Made by a program: the position numbers and the translations under genes. DNA of 64,000 nucleotides, from assembly GCA_965235115.1 (NCBI GenBank), contig OZ249436.1, positions 6,574,001 to 6,638,000 of the forward strand, given 5' to 3'. Shown here in pieces: positions 14,459 through 27,112 of this stretch (the stretch's first letter is position 1; every line of letters starts with the position of its first letter). The notes under the pieces were generated by a model. The model ran no database searches and was not told the DNA's origin. It saw only the letters and a list, made by a program, of their open reading frames with translations. The DNA comes from Laetmonice hystrix (taxonomy: Eukaryota).

Positions 14459-14777
14459 CGTAGGCGTAGGAAGCTCTTTTTGTTTGGGGGGGGGGCTGAA
14501 GGTTGAAGCGAATGTCTAATAATAAATGGTACCCGAAATTACAATAATACTAACAGGTCCTAAATTTTGTTTTTTTCCCTGTGTATTTCGATGATGAAAA
14601 TGAAATTATATTGTTTGTTATTTGCCTAGAATTGTGCTTTCTTGGTCGAGGCGGGTTAATTCCAAGCCGGCGATAATTGAATATTCCCAACTACGATAGG
14701 GCTGAAACACACTTCAGCCCCCCCTTTACATTGGGGGGGGGGGGGCTGACCCCCTGCCCCCGGTTCCTACGCCCATG
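14459..14777. mobile_element. Short MITE (non-autonomous DNA transposon)
   Basis: Imperfect terminal inverted repeats cgtaggcgtaggaa ... ttcctacgcccatg, internal G/C runs, flanked on both sides by agaac. Confidence 0.65.
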
Positions 14778-17700
14778 AGAACAGGTTGCCGTCAACTATA
14801 GGTGTGCGTCAAGCTGGCCACGCGTTGTGTTGATTTCGGAAAGGAGATGCAATTTCAGTGATTTCAGTAGGTGGTGTGCGTCGTTGGTATCCGTTCTCAC
14901 GGACATTATGTGCCCATTCTATCATTTTGTGTTCTTATAAAGCGTTTATGAAAATCATCCTGTCTTCTTAATTGTCATTCTGGTCATATTGATGATTTGT
15001 GATGTCACGTGACAGATTGCCCTGCTCGAAGCATGGTTTCCTGAGCAATACAAATTGCCTGATTGCTCTTCTCATTGTGTTTGTGCACTAATGGTGCGGC
15101 AGTTGATCATTCAGTGATCAGATTGAGAGGGTAGTTTAAGGAGGTGATTTATGATGTGTTAATGTGCAGGCCCGTCCGGTGGCTCTACCGCCCAGCTTCC
15201 AATAGATCCGTGTGTGAAAACCTAGTTACAATATGACATCCAGTCAGATGTCTGTCATTTATTAATGGATTCTTACGGTTACAAGTTGGCAGATAGAATC
15301 TGATCAGGGCTTCATTACTGAGAGATAATGACAGGAAAGTGTGAAAAATGGGATTTTCAGTGCCTAGTTTTATATATATGACAACCTCACTGACATGGTG
15401 AATAATTGCGTCATTGGCTGAACAGTAAATTACATTTTAAAATTGGAGATGAAAACTTAGCAGTGTAATCCTGTCTGATATGACACACGACATCTAGAGC
15501 TTCTCAGAGTTACCAGAATCAGGACAACGTTTTTAGGGTAAATAGTAGGCCTAATATATCGATCTTGACCGCCAACTTCCACTTTCCCTGTTACTGAGAA
15601 GCGCCATTACTTGGTTAACCCAGGACTTGTGGAAAGTGTGCTGTCAGCAATATTCCTCTCAAATAACACCCATAAATGTCACATATCGGAAGGTCACTAG
15701 ACGTGCAGGGGTGAGTTAAAACATCTCAAACAGGCCCAGGGGATTCGACGGAAGATGGAGTTCATATACGACACCAGTGATGTTACGGCTGCTACCAAAT
15801 GGATGCAGTAATCGTGAGGCGCCATCTGAGATCTAAACGTCATCACTCAGCAACCCCCCCTAATACCTGAGCTGTCAGTGGCCCATTGTAATCCGACGGC
15901 AGCCATTCAGGGCACACACTTGGAATCTCTGTCTACATTAAAGTGCAATCTGGTGAGCAGTTACCAAGTCAGTCATGCAGCCAGGCCAGGCGGCTGGCCA
16001 GCCAGCACCAACTCTACATTAGTCAGGCCTACATCTGGACGTGCTAGATGTTCGAATCAAGTACCAAGCATTCCTTGTTTTGGGTAATTTTAAACGATCA
16101 ACATGGCGGTCCCATAGCTCAGGCTGACTATCGGGTAATCCGTCAGGACGGGAAATTGTCGATCTGTTTAATGATTATCACAACCACCTGAACCTAATGG
16201 ATGTATGTTTGAAATCTAAAGTGGATGAATAAATCCAAATTACGGTCAGTTTGAAGAGAACTATAGTTTATATATCCATGACACATGTTGACCCCACTGC
16301 AAATTATGTCCTGGTGATTAATTTCGCTATTTTTGGACCAATTTCAGAGATTTCATTTGATCGTGAACTGCTGTCTTTTCGTTTGAATCTCTTAGCAACT
16401 TTCAGGTTTCTTGTAACATCGACCGGGGTTTGTCGTAGAGGATTAAGATAATCCGTTGGGTCTTACAGAGTTCATCTAATCGATGCCACAGTTGTGCTCA
16501 CAGAAGAATTAGATAAAAGCGAAGGGCCACAAAATGTAGGTTAGCAATTCTGGTGCGTTGGCTGAAGTGAACAACCCGACGCGAAACGCAACCCGTCCGA
16601 CTTCACCACAAACCCGATCAGCCCTGTCCCAGCAAGATACGGCGTCTTTCTCACGCATCTCGGATCCCAGAAAATTGAGATAACAGACTGGTCCAATCAC
16701 GTCAGATATGAAACACATCCCATCCAATTCCCTTTGAGTGTTAACTTATTGGAATGTGTCACTCTGATTCCCAAGGGGGAGTGCAAGAAGGAATGCTTGC
16801 CCTGCTCTTCCTGCTGGCAGAATATTTTTGTCACTGCGTATCTCAGTGGTACTAGCGACAGAGTACTTTAATACCGTGGTTCTGTCTCCTTGTGTTTTGT
16901 TCCAATGACGATGACGTTATAGTTTGGTGTAGGACCTGTAGTGTCATATGCACCGCCTACACGTTGTAGGCCTCTAGGCAACTGTTTGCCAGGATGAATT
17001 GGACGGTATTATTATTTATTATAAATTGACCTTTACCAGAAAATGCGTAGCTCGTTCGCAAAATGCATGAAGAGGGAAAGAAGGCACATGAGTTAGCTTT
17101 TTCTCTGCGTTGACTAAAACGAGTGAGTCTCACTCGAGGTCATTAATTTTGCCCCACTTCCGGACAGCAGTTATCCGACAGGTGGCGCTGCAGCGGTAGC
17201 TACCACCAGCTGGCGCCAACTGTTCCAAGAAACCAGAATAGGCTACCTGCCAATTCTAATAAATCCCATTATTTCCACAATTTTATATTTATATCGTGGT
17301 TAGACCTATTTATAGTTGATAGCTCGATTTGGTCAGTGCAACATTGGTGCGATTATCTGCAGCTGTCGTTGAGTTCAGTGGAAACGAAACAGAGACACGT
17401 TGCTATCGTTTGTTGGCGTGGAGGTCGCCTCCGTGGTTTTGTGGCCGGTTATAATATCCAATCATCCATAAAGACAATAGATCCAAATGATGACCTGGCA
17501 GCCATTATAGAGACAGCCCAATACGACCACCTGTTGTTGGAGAGGGTCGACCGAGGGCAGGTATATCTGGATTTGGGAAATCTAATGAATCCTGAGGGTT
17601 GGTTTGACCTGTGGTCTGCTCCCCCTCCCCTGCCCCCAGGGGTGGACCTCGAGATGATCTATGGCCGCCTGGCCCACACAGAGATGGCCTCTCCAGGGGC

Positions 17701-18750
17701 CCGGTGTCAGTGCGGTCATACCAGACCCACAACCTATGATGACAAGAGTCCGTCACATAAACCCAAGGGTCCTTAAACACGTCGGCCATAATCTATCAGG
17801 TAAATTAAAGAGATACGTCGCTTGTATTGACTCTGTACTCCAAGCACGGCATTCTCCTCTCGACCCGGCTGTGGCCTTAGGAAGGAACTATATTTAGTAT
17901 TGGTGATATAACGGGGTTATTATAATGGAGGGAATACTTTCTTTACTTCATTACTCGGGGGTGTACTCTATGGGGTGATCGATATTATAGTGATTGCTGA
18001 TTAAAACTAGATGGCCGGTATGAAAGATACTCACATACGGAAAAAGGTCATTGTTAATATCAGGACTTATACAACCTGAAGGTCTTAACTATGACAGTTT
18101 TTGTACAGGTAAGAAAAGATTAGTATACCTTACGAATCATGAGAAATAAAACGTACACAGAAGAAGGGGATGCAGGGCGTATTCTTACAAAGTATTAGTT
18201 AAAATATTGTAACGAGATCATCTTGACTTGTTGCGCACTGGTACCATTATTTGTGGTAGCGAATACTTGGCTGACAGTATGCAGAGCGCCAGGCTTACAG
18301 CAGCACAGATCCAAGTACGGAACCGCTCAAAACGACGGTAGCTGGACGTATCGTTGGTCGGGTTTTACCGATTGCATGGAGTGACCAGTGAGGGACGGTG
18401 GTCGTTCCGTCTGGCCGCTTTATTGTGATGTATTAGGTCATTTAGGGAACGTTCAGTCCAATGGTCACTGTTGCAGGTGGGTAGACCTGACAGAAAATAA
18501 TTGAAATCAGGCCAGCCTTTATTGGACTAATGCTCTGCCAAGATTTCTCCACGGTAAACTGTAGGCGTAGGCCGTGTTGTGTACATACGGCTGTATGTGG
18601 CCGTGGCGACAGGGCAATGTTCCGCTTGCCTATGAAAGCTCCGGCCATAACAACCTCATGCATAGGTAATGGAGCCCGAACAGCTGGGTGGTTATGCCGC
18701 TGGGGGTCGTTATTTATAACATGTCATCAAAGTGAAGATATATAGTACAC

Positions 18751-18766
18751 TAGCGCCCCCTGGCGG
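18751..18766 (-). promoter_or_regulatory. CTCF-like motif
   Basis: Reverse complement ccgccagggggcgcta matches the bilaterian CTCF core consensus; binding not shown. Confidence 0.45.
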
Positions 18767-20526
18767 GGTCCACTGGGAGCTGTACGGAGATCCCGGTCAG
18801 CTCAAGCCCCAGGTATACCTGTACAGATTCAGGGTACGGTCTGCGAGGTCCACTAGGAGCTGTACGGAGATCCGGGTCAGCTCAAGCCCCAGGTATACCT
18901 GTACAGATTCAGGGTACAGTCTGCGAGGTCTACTGGGAGCTGTACGGAGATCCCGGTCAGCTCAAGCCCCATGTATACCTGTACAGATTCAGGGTACAGT
19001 CTGCGAGGTCCAGTGGGAGCTGTACGGAGATCCCGGTCAGCTCAAGCCCCAGGTATACCTGTGTAGATTCAGGGTACAGTCTGCGAGGTCCACTGGGAGC
19101 TGTACGGAGATCCCGGTCAGCTCAAGCCCCAGGTATACCTGTCCATATTCAGGGTACAGTCTGCGAGGTCCAGTGGGAGATGTACGGAGATCCCGGTCAG
19201 CTCAAGCCCCAGGTATACCTGTACAGATTCAGGGTACAGTCTGCGAGGTCCACTGGGAGCTGTACGTAGATCCCGGTCAGCTCAAGCCCCAGGTATACCT
19301 GTACAGATTCAGGGTACAGTCTGCGAGGCGTCCACTGGGAGCTGTACGGAGATCCCGGTCAGCTCAAGCCCCAGGTATACCTGTACAGATTCAGGGTACA
19401 GTCTGCGAGGCGTCCACTGGGAGCTGTACGGAGATCCCGGTCAGCTCAAGCCCCAGGTATACCTGTACAGATTCAGGGTACAGTCTGCGAGGTCCACTGG
19501 GAGCTGTACGGAGATCCCGGTCAGCTCAAGCCCCATGTATACCTGTACAGATTCAGGGTACAGTCTGCGAGGTCCACTGGGAGCTGTACGGAGATCCCGG
19601 TCAGCTCAAGCCCCATGTATACCTGTACAGATTCAGGGTACAGTCTGCGAGGTCCACTGGGAGCTGTACGTAGATCCCGGTCAGCTCAAGCCCCAGGTAT
19701 ACCTGTACAGATTCAGGGTACAGTCTGCGAGGCGTCCACTGGGAGCTGTACGGAGATCCCGGTCAGCTCAAGCCCCAGGTATACCTGTACAGATTCAGGG
19801 TACAGTCTGCGAGGTCCACTGGGAGCTGTACGGAGATCCCGGTCAGCTCAAGCCCCAGGTATACCTGTACAGATTCAGGGTACAGTCTGCGAGGTCCATG
19901 TACGGAGATCCCGGTCAGCTCAAGCCCCAGGTATACCTGTACAGATTCAGGGTACAGTCTGCGAGGTCCACTGGGAGCTGTACGGAGATCCGGGTCAGCT
20001 CAAGCCCCAGGTATACCTGTACAGATTCAGGGTACAGTCTGCGAGGTCCACTGGGAGCTGTACGGAGATCCCGGTCAGCTCAAGCCCCATGTATACCTGT
20101 ACAGATTCAGGGTACAGTCTGCGAGGTCCACTGGGAGCTGTACGGAGATCCCGGTCAGCTCAAGCCCCAGGTATACCTGTACAGATTCAGGGTACAGTCT
20201 GCGAGGTCCACTGGGAGATGTACGGAGATCCCGGTCAGCTCAAGCCCCAGGTATACCTGTACAGATTCAGGGTACAGTCTGCGAGGTCCACTGGGAGCTG
20301 TACGGAGATCCCAGTCAGCTCAAGCCCCAGGTATACCTGTACAGATTCAGGGTACAGTCTGCGAGGTCCACTGGGAGCTGTACGGAGATCCCGGTCAGCT
20401 CAAGCCCCAGGTATACCTGTACAGATTCAGGGTACAGTCTGCGAGGTCCACTGGGAGCTGTACGGAGATCCCGGTCAGCTCAAGCCCCAGGTATACCTGT
20501 GCAGATTCAGGGTACAGTCTGCGAGG
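18767..20526. repeat. 80-bp minisatellite, ~22 copies
   Basis: Unit ggtccactgggagctgtacggagatcccggtcagctcaagccccaggtatacctgtacagattcagggtacagtctgcga; explains ORFs 18732-20565. Confidence 0.95.
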
Positions 20527-21123
20527 AACGAACCTATAACAGCTCTCGTTGCTACACCTGCATAATATAACTACTCGGAGGGTGCAGTGGTTAGTGTCTG
20601 CTGCATGGGTGCTGCTTGTCAGATGATAAAAGTCTGGTTTCTAGACCGGACCAGCCGTGGTACACCAGCAGCAACTGATCGCCTAGGGCAACGTGTCTGG
20701 GGTTCCTGGATCGGTGAACATCCTGGGCCTTGACTGGCACAATCAGCATTTTCACATCTGGTTGTGTTGTTGAAACAACCCCAGTGACGTACAGATTCCC
20801 CAAAGGTTTTTTTTATTACCGGCAGGGTCCATGCATCAATACGTTAGCCCTACTGCTGGCATCCGCCAGAATTCCCTGTACGGTGTGCCACACCGAATCA
20901 CGCGCCATTTTGCGTAGTAGCTTACAGGAAGCTAAGAACGCAAACGTTGAATCCTGCATGGCAATGAACAACCTGGGGCCTGGAGACTAGGGAATTAAAG
21001 TAAAAAACAAAACAAAAAACAAAAATCTATGATAAATATTGTGGTAGACCATTAAGAGTATGACGTATCCATCTGAACTCATGTAGTGCCTCGTGTTTCG
21101 ATGTTTCCTTTCGAATTTCAAAT

Positions 21124-21281
21124 AATACGTGCCCTTTCATATTCCGACGCGCAAATGGTATATTGAAATTGTTTCTGCAAACAATAACCCCATGTGTCAC
21201 CAAATACGTGCCCTTCCATATTCCGACGCGCAAGTGTTATATTGAAATTCTTTCTGCAAGCAAGAACCCTAGCTGTCACCA
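21124..21281. repeat. Two-copy 79-bp diverged tandem duplication
   Basis: aatacgtgccctt.catattccgacgcgcaa...tgtcacca starting at 21124 and 21203. Confidence 0.85.
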
Positions 21282-22384
21282 TTTTTAGCTATAGTAGACT
21301 CTATTAGCGGAAATAGATTTTAAATATTGTCATGAGAGATATTGCCTTTAATGGTGGCCAGACCTGCCTTCTGCATCTCTGGCTCCATATACCATGGTGA
21401 ACGCCAAGCACGGATGGCGTTTTTATGGCTAACCAAGCCTTCACCCAGGCTCGTAATGTCCCAAGTATTTGCTCTCCTCATCCTAACATAAAAATCTCAG
21501 CCTTGTTAGTCGAGATTGAGAATCTAAAAGAATGCAGAGATCAGGTAGGTACCATCAAGACTGGGATAATGAAGCCTTAAAACCGCCTTCCTCAGCCACC
21601 GGCAGTCACTTGTGAATTCCGCCTATTTGTGTTTCTGCACATTTTGCTGTCATTAAAATAATGTTTCATTTGTTGCGCATGCCGACTGGTGCTGTTGGAA
21701 ACCCGTCGGGAGAGTACTGAAAGCAAGAAATGGCAGCTCATGTGCCACTTCCTTACGTTTGTTCACAATTTTAAATTTGAGTATTTCCATCCGACAGAAC
21801 GGGAATGTCAGAGGGGTTTAATGCCTGGCGTACCTGCGTCGTTAACATGTTGTATGAACTGTTTTGTCACAGTACCTGATTCATTCCGTATGTTTTTCCG
21901 TATTTATTCCGTATCAGCCATGTTTCATGAGTAAGCGATACGAGAACTAGGTTTGTTTTCTTGCACAGCATAATGTACGATACTGGAATAGACCTATGTA
22001 TGCTGACGTATCCGAGAAGATATCCTAGGCCTGCCGCTAAGTTTGCCTTTGTTGTTTTCCATGACGTATGTAAATGATGAGAAGAGCGCGTGTTTGCCGT
22101 TTGTCAGTCAGTCGGTCGGTCGGTCAGGCAGTCAGACCTCGATGACATCTACCCCTGTAGGGACCACTCTGGGGCCCCGAGGTCCCCACTCACCTATCAC
22201 ACACATGAAGTCCACGTGGACCTTGTGAAATCTTCATCTCTTCATCTCTTCGCTTGCAAAGGAGAGTTGTCATCATATTTGTCAGGTTGTCAGTATTTAA
22301 ACATTATATCGGTGACTCCTGTCAATTAATCTCTCCATGTTTTCTTACGTTTTTTATTTGTGTCTCTGTGTATGACAGGATCTA

Positions 22385-25300
22385 GGGCTGTTAATGTCGG
22401 TTCGGTCTGTCCCAGGTGTCCTGGTATAGGTCAATGGTGAGGTGTTGTGTGCGCGCAGTATCCCGGCAGAGAGCTCCTGGTGTGGGTGGGGTTGTTAATG
22501 TGGGTGCAGTCTGTCCAGGGAGAGAGCTCCTGGTGTGGGTGGGGTTGTTAATGTGGGTGCAGTCTGTCCAGGGAGAGAGCGCTGGGTGTGGGTGGGGTTG
22601 TTAATGTGGGTGCAGTCTGTCCCAGGAGAGAGCTCTTGGTGTAGGTGGGGTTGTTAATGTGGCTGCAGTCTGTCCCGGGAGAGAGCGCTGGGTGTGGGTG
22701 GGGTTGTTAATGTGGGTGCAGTCTGCCCCGGGAGACAGCTCTTGGTGTGGGTGGGGTTGTTAACGTGGGTGCAGTCTGTCCCGGGAGAGAGCTCTTGGTG
22801 TGGGTGGGGTTGTTAATGTGGGTGCAGTCTGTCCAGGGAGAGAGCTCTTGGTGTGGGTGGGGTTGTTAATGTGGGTGCAGTCTGTCCCGGGAGACAGCTC
22901 TTGGTGTGGGTGGGGTTGTTTATGTGGGTGCAGTCTGTCCCGGCAGAGAGCTCCTGGTGTGGGTGGGGTTGTTAATGTGGGTGCAGTCTGTCCCGGCAGA
23001 GAGCTCCTGGTGTGGGTGGGGTTGTTAATGTGGGTGCAGTCTGTCCCGGGAGAGAGCTCCTGGTGTAGGTGGGGTTGTTAATGGTGCAGTCTGTCCCGGG
23101 AGAGAGCTCCTGGTGTAGGTGGGGTTGTTAATGTGGGTGCAGTCTGCCCCGGGAGAGAGCTCTTGGTGTGGGTGGGGTTGTTAATGTGGGTGCAGTCTGT
23201 CCCGGGAGAGAGCTCCTGGTGTGGGTGGGGTTGTTAATGTTGGTGCAGTCTGTCCCGGGAGAGAGCTTTTGGTGTGGGTGGGGTTGTTAATGTGGGTGCA
23301 GTCTGTCCCGGGAGAGAGCTTTTGGTGTGGGTGGGGTTGTTAATGTGGGTGCAGTCTGTCCCGGGAGAGAGCTCCTGGTGTAGGTGGGGTTGTTAATGTG
23401 GGTGCAGTCTGCCCCGGGAGAGAGCTTTTGGTGTGGGTGGGGTTATTAATGTGGGTGCAGTCTGTCCCGGGAGAGAGCTCTTGGTGTGGGTGGGGTTGTT
23501 AATGTGGGTGCAGTCTGTCCAGGGAGAGAGCTCTTGGTGTGGGTGGGGTTGTTAATGTGGGTGCAGTCTGCCCCGGGAGAGAGCTCTTGGTGTGGGTGGG
23601 GTTGTTAATGTGGGTGCAGTCTGTCCCGGGAGAGAGCTCCTGGTGTGGGTGGGGTTGTTAATGTGGGTGCAGTCTGTCCCGGGAGAGAGCTCTTGGTGTG
23701 GGTGGGGTTGTTAATGTGGGTGCAGTCTGTCCCGGGAGAGAGCTCTTGGTGTGGGTGGGGTTGTTAACGTGGGTGCATTATGTCCCGGGAGAGAGCTCCT
23801 GGTGTGGGTGGGGTTGTTAATGTGGGTGCAGTCTGTCCCGGGAGAGAGCTCTGGGTGTGGATGGGGCTGTTAATGTGGGTGCAGTCTGTCCCGGGAGAGA
23901 GCTCCTGGTGTGGGTGGGGTTGTTAACGTGGGTGCAGTCTGCCCCGGGAGAGAGCTCCTGGTGTGGGTGGGGTTGTTAATGTGGGTGCAGTCTGTCCCGG
24001 GAGAGAGCTTTTGGTGTGGGTGGGGTTGTTAATGTAGGTGCAGTCTGCCCCGGGAGAGAGCTCCTGGTGTGGGTGGGGTTGTTAATGTGGGTGCAGTCTG
24101 TCCCGGGAGAGAGCTCCTGGTGTGGGTGGGGTTGTTAACGTGGGTGCAGTCTGTCCCGGGAGAGAGCTCTTGGTGTGGGTGGGGTTGTTAATGTGGGTGC
24201 AGTCTGTCCCGGGAGGGAGCGCTGGGTGTGGGTGGGGTTGTTAACGTGGGTGCAGTCTGTCCCGGGAGAGAGAGCTCCTGGTGTGGGTGGGGTTGTTAAT
24301 GTGGGTGCAGTCTGTCCCGGGAGAGAGCTCTTGGTGTGGGTGGGGTTGTTAACGTGGGTGCATTATGTCCCGGGAGAGAGCTCCTGGTGTGGGTGGGGTT
24401 GTTAATGTGGGTGCAGTCTGTCCCGGGAGAGAGCTCTGGGTGTGGATGGGGCTGTTAATGTGGGTGCAGTCTGTCCCGGGAGAGAGCTCCTGGTGTGGGT
24501 GGGGTTGTTAACGTGGGTGCAGTCTGTCCCGGGAGAGAGCTCTTGGTGTGGGTGGGGTTGTTAATGTGGGTGCAGTCTGTCCCGGGAGAGAGCTTTTGGT
24601 GTGGGTGGGGTTGTTAATGTGGGTGCAGTCTGTCCCGGGAGAGAGCTCTTGGTGTGGGTGGGGTTGTTAATGTGGGTGCAGTCTGTCCCGGGAGAGAGCT
24701 CTGGGTGTGGGTGGGGTTGTTAATGTGGGTGCAGTCTGTCCCGGGAGAGAGCTCTTGGTGTGGGTGGGGTTGTTAATGTGGGTGCAGTCTGCCCCGGGAG
24801 AGAGCTCCTGGTGTGGGTGGGGTTGTTAACGTGGGTGCAGTCTGTCCCGGGAGAGAGCTCTTGGTGTGGGTGGGGTTGTTAATGTGGGTGCAGTCTGTCC
24901 CGGGAGAGAGCGCTGGGTGTAGGTGGGGTTGTTAATGTGGGTGCAGTCTGTCCCGGGAGAGAGCTCCTGGTGTGGGTGGGGTTGTTAATGTGGGTGCAGT
25001 CTGTCCCGGGAGAGAGCTCCTGGTGTGGGTGGGGTTGTTAATGTGGGTGCAGTCTGTCCCGGGAGAGAGCTCCTGGTGTGGGTGGGGTTGTTAACGTGGG
25101 TGCAGTCTGTCCCGGGAGAGAGCTCTTGGTGTGGGTGGGGTTGTTAATGTGGGTGCAGTCTGTCCCGGGAGAGAGCGCTGGGTGTGGGTGGGGTTGTTAA
25201 TGTGGGTGCAGTCTGTCCCGGGAGAGAGCTCCTGGTGTGGGTGGGGTTGTTAATGTGGGTGCAGTCTGTCCCGGGAGAGAGCTCCTGGTGTGGGTGGGGT

Positions 25301-25736
25301 TGTTAATGTGGGTGCAGTCTGTCCAGGGAGAAAGCTCCTGGTGTGGGTGGGGTTGTTAATGTGGGTGCAGTCTGTCCCGGGAGAGAGCTCTTGGTGTGGG
25401 TGGGGTTGTTAATGTGGGTGCAGTCTGTCCAGGGAGAGAGCTCTTGGTGTGGGTGGGGTTGTTAATGTGGGTGCAGTCTGTCCCAGGAGAGAGCTCTTGG
25501 TGTAGGTGGGGTTGTTAATGTGGGTGCAGTCTGTCCCGGGAGAGAGCGCTGGGTGTGGGTGGGGTTGTTAATGTGGGTGCAGTCTGCCCCGGGGGAGAGC
25601 TCCTGGTGTGGGTGGGGTTGTTAATGTGGGTGCAGTCTGTCCCGGGAGAGAGCGCTGGGTGTAGGGTTGTTAATGTGGGTGCAGTCTGTCCCGGGAGAGA
25701 GCGCTGGGTGTAGGTGGGGTTGTTAACGTGGGTGTT
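22385..25736. repeat. 53-bp G-rich minisatellite, ~62 copies
   Basis: Unit ggtgtgggtggggttgttaatgtgggtgcagtctgtcccgggagagagctcct. Confidence 0.95.
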
Positions 25737-26035
25737 AAGTCAGTGCACCGTTTTAGATCGGAAAGGGGGAGGAGTGGAGGGTGACGGACCGTATATTGGA
25801 GGGGAGCCGGGTGGTGGTGCAGTGTGATAGATTTGTCTGTACTGACCGGGTTGCCGTCTGAAGGTGTCCACTCATTCCTATGTGATAGATATTCCTGCCT
25901 TGCCTGGGGTCCTGAGGTGCACGGCGGTGTCGCTATGATCTATACACTACATTAGATGTGGCCATCCATCTTCATGCTCTGTGGATTTATGATATTGTAG
26001 AACGTTTCACTGCCATAGATCTTTAGTTGCTTGGT

Positions 26036-26066
<31 letters not shown>

Positions 26067-26395
26067 TTGGTCAAGTAATCTCCAGCTCGATGCCATACAT
26101 ATAGTGTATTACTTTGATCAGAAATGAAGACATACTCACTTGTATCCACGTTCATTTAAAGGACGATTTCATGCCTGATGGCTCTAAAACTGCTGCCTCT
26201 GAGCACAAATGTTTATTTCGGTGGCAATTAGAAACTGTAGCTGTACTTAGAAACTGTATTTGTATCTCGCTGATAGACCCAAGCGATATTAAGCACATGT
26301 GTGTCTATAATGCTCATGGTATAATGCTCACACGTTTCCAAATTATTCAATTGTCAGGACTGATAACATATTGCTGATGTTGGGGGGGGGGGGCA

Positions 26396-26657
26396 GGTGG
26401 GTATTTGGGGTTTTACGCCTTGCAACAGCCAGGGTCATATCACGGCGGTGAAGATGAGATGAAAGTCAGTTTTTCTTGGTGGAGGAAACCGGAGTACCCG
26501 GAGGAAACCACCGACCTTCGGGAAGGAACTGACTGACAAACCTTTCACACATGCAGCCCAGGCCGGGAATCGAACCCGGGTCGCAGCGGTGTGAGGCGAT
26601 GGTCCTAGGTGTCATGATGGAGCCGACACCTTAGACCACTCGGCCACCCGAGGCCCC
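26396..26657 (-). mobile_element. Full-length tRNA-derived SINE with V-SINE-like core
   Basis: Minus strand: A box tggccgagtgg, B box ggttcgattcc, core gtggtttcctccgggtactccggtttcctcc, tail ...gcgtaaaaccccaaatac; both sides flanked by ggggggggggca (likely TSD). Confidence 0.85.
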
Positions 26658-26667
26658 GGGGGGGGGG

Positions 26668-27112
26668 CACACTCCACTATTGAGGGTTGGGGTTAGGGGG
26701 AGCCCAGACTCCACTATTGAGGGTTGGTGTTAGAGGGGGAGCCCACACTCCACTATTGAGGGTTGGTGTTAGAGGGGGAGCCCACACTCCACTTTTGAGG
26801 GTTGGTGTTAGGGTGAGCCCACACTCCACTATTGAGGGCTGATGTTGGTGGGGGAAGTCCACACTCCACTATTAGAGACTGATGTTGGTGGTTGGAAGTC
26901 CACACTCCACTATTGAGGACTGATGTTGGTGGGGGAAGTCCACACTCCACTATTGAGGGCTGATGTTGGTGGGGCAAGTCCACACTCCACTATTGAGGGC
27001 TGATGTTGGTGGGGGAAGTCCACACGCCACGATTGAGGACTGATGTTGGTGGGGGAAGTCCACACTCCACTATTGAAGGCTGATGTTGGTGGGGTAAGTC
27101 CACACTCCACTA
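26668..27112. repeat. ~40-bp minisatellite, ~11 copies
   Basis: Unit cacactccactattgagggctgatgttggtgggggaagtc. Confidence 0.9.

Noticed and set aside
17336..17776. 146-codon protein-like ORF in unique sequence
   Set aside because: Non-ATG start, no convincing splice sites, no recognisable domain; would need BLASTX
18732..20565. ORFs of over 300 aa
   Set aside because: Products of an 80-bp repeat cycling through all frames, with frameshifting unit variants
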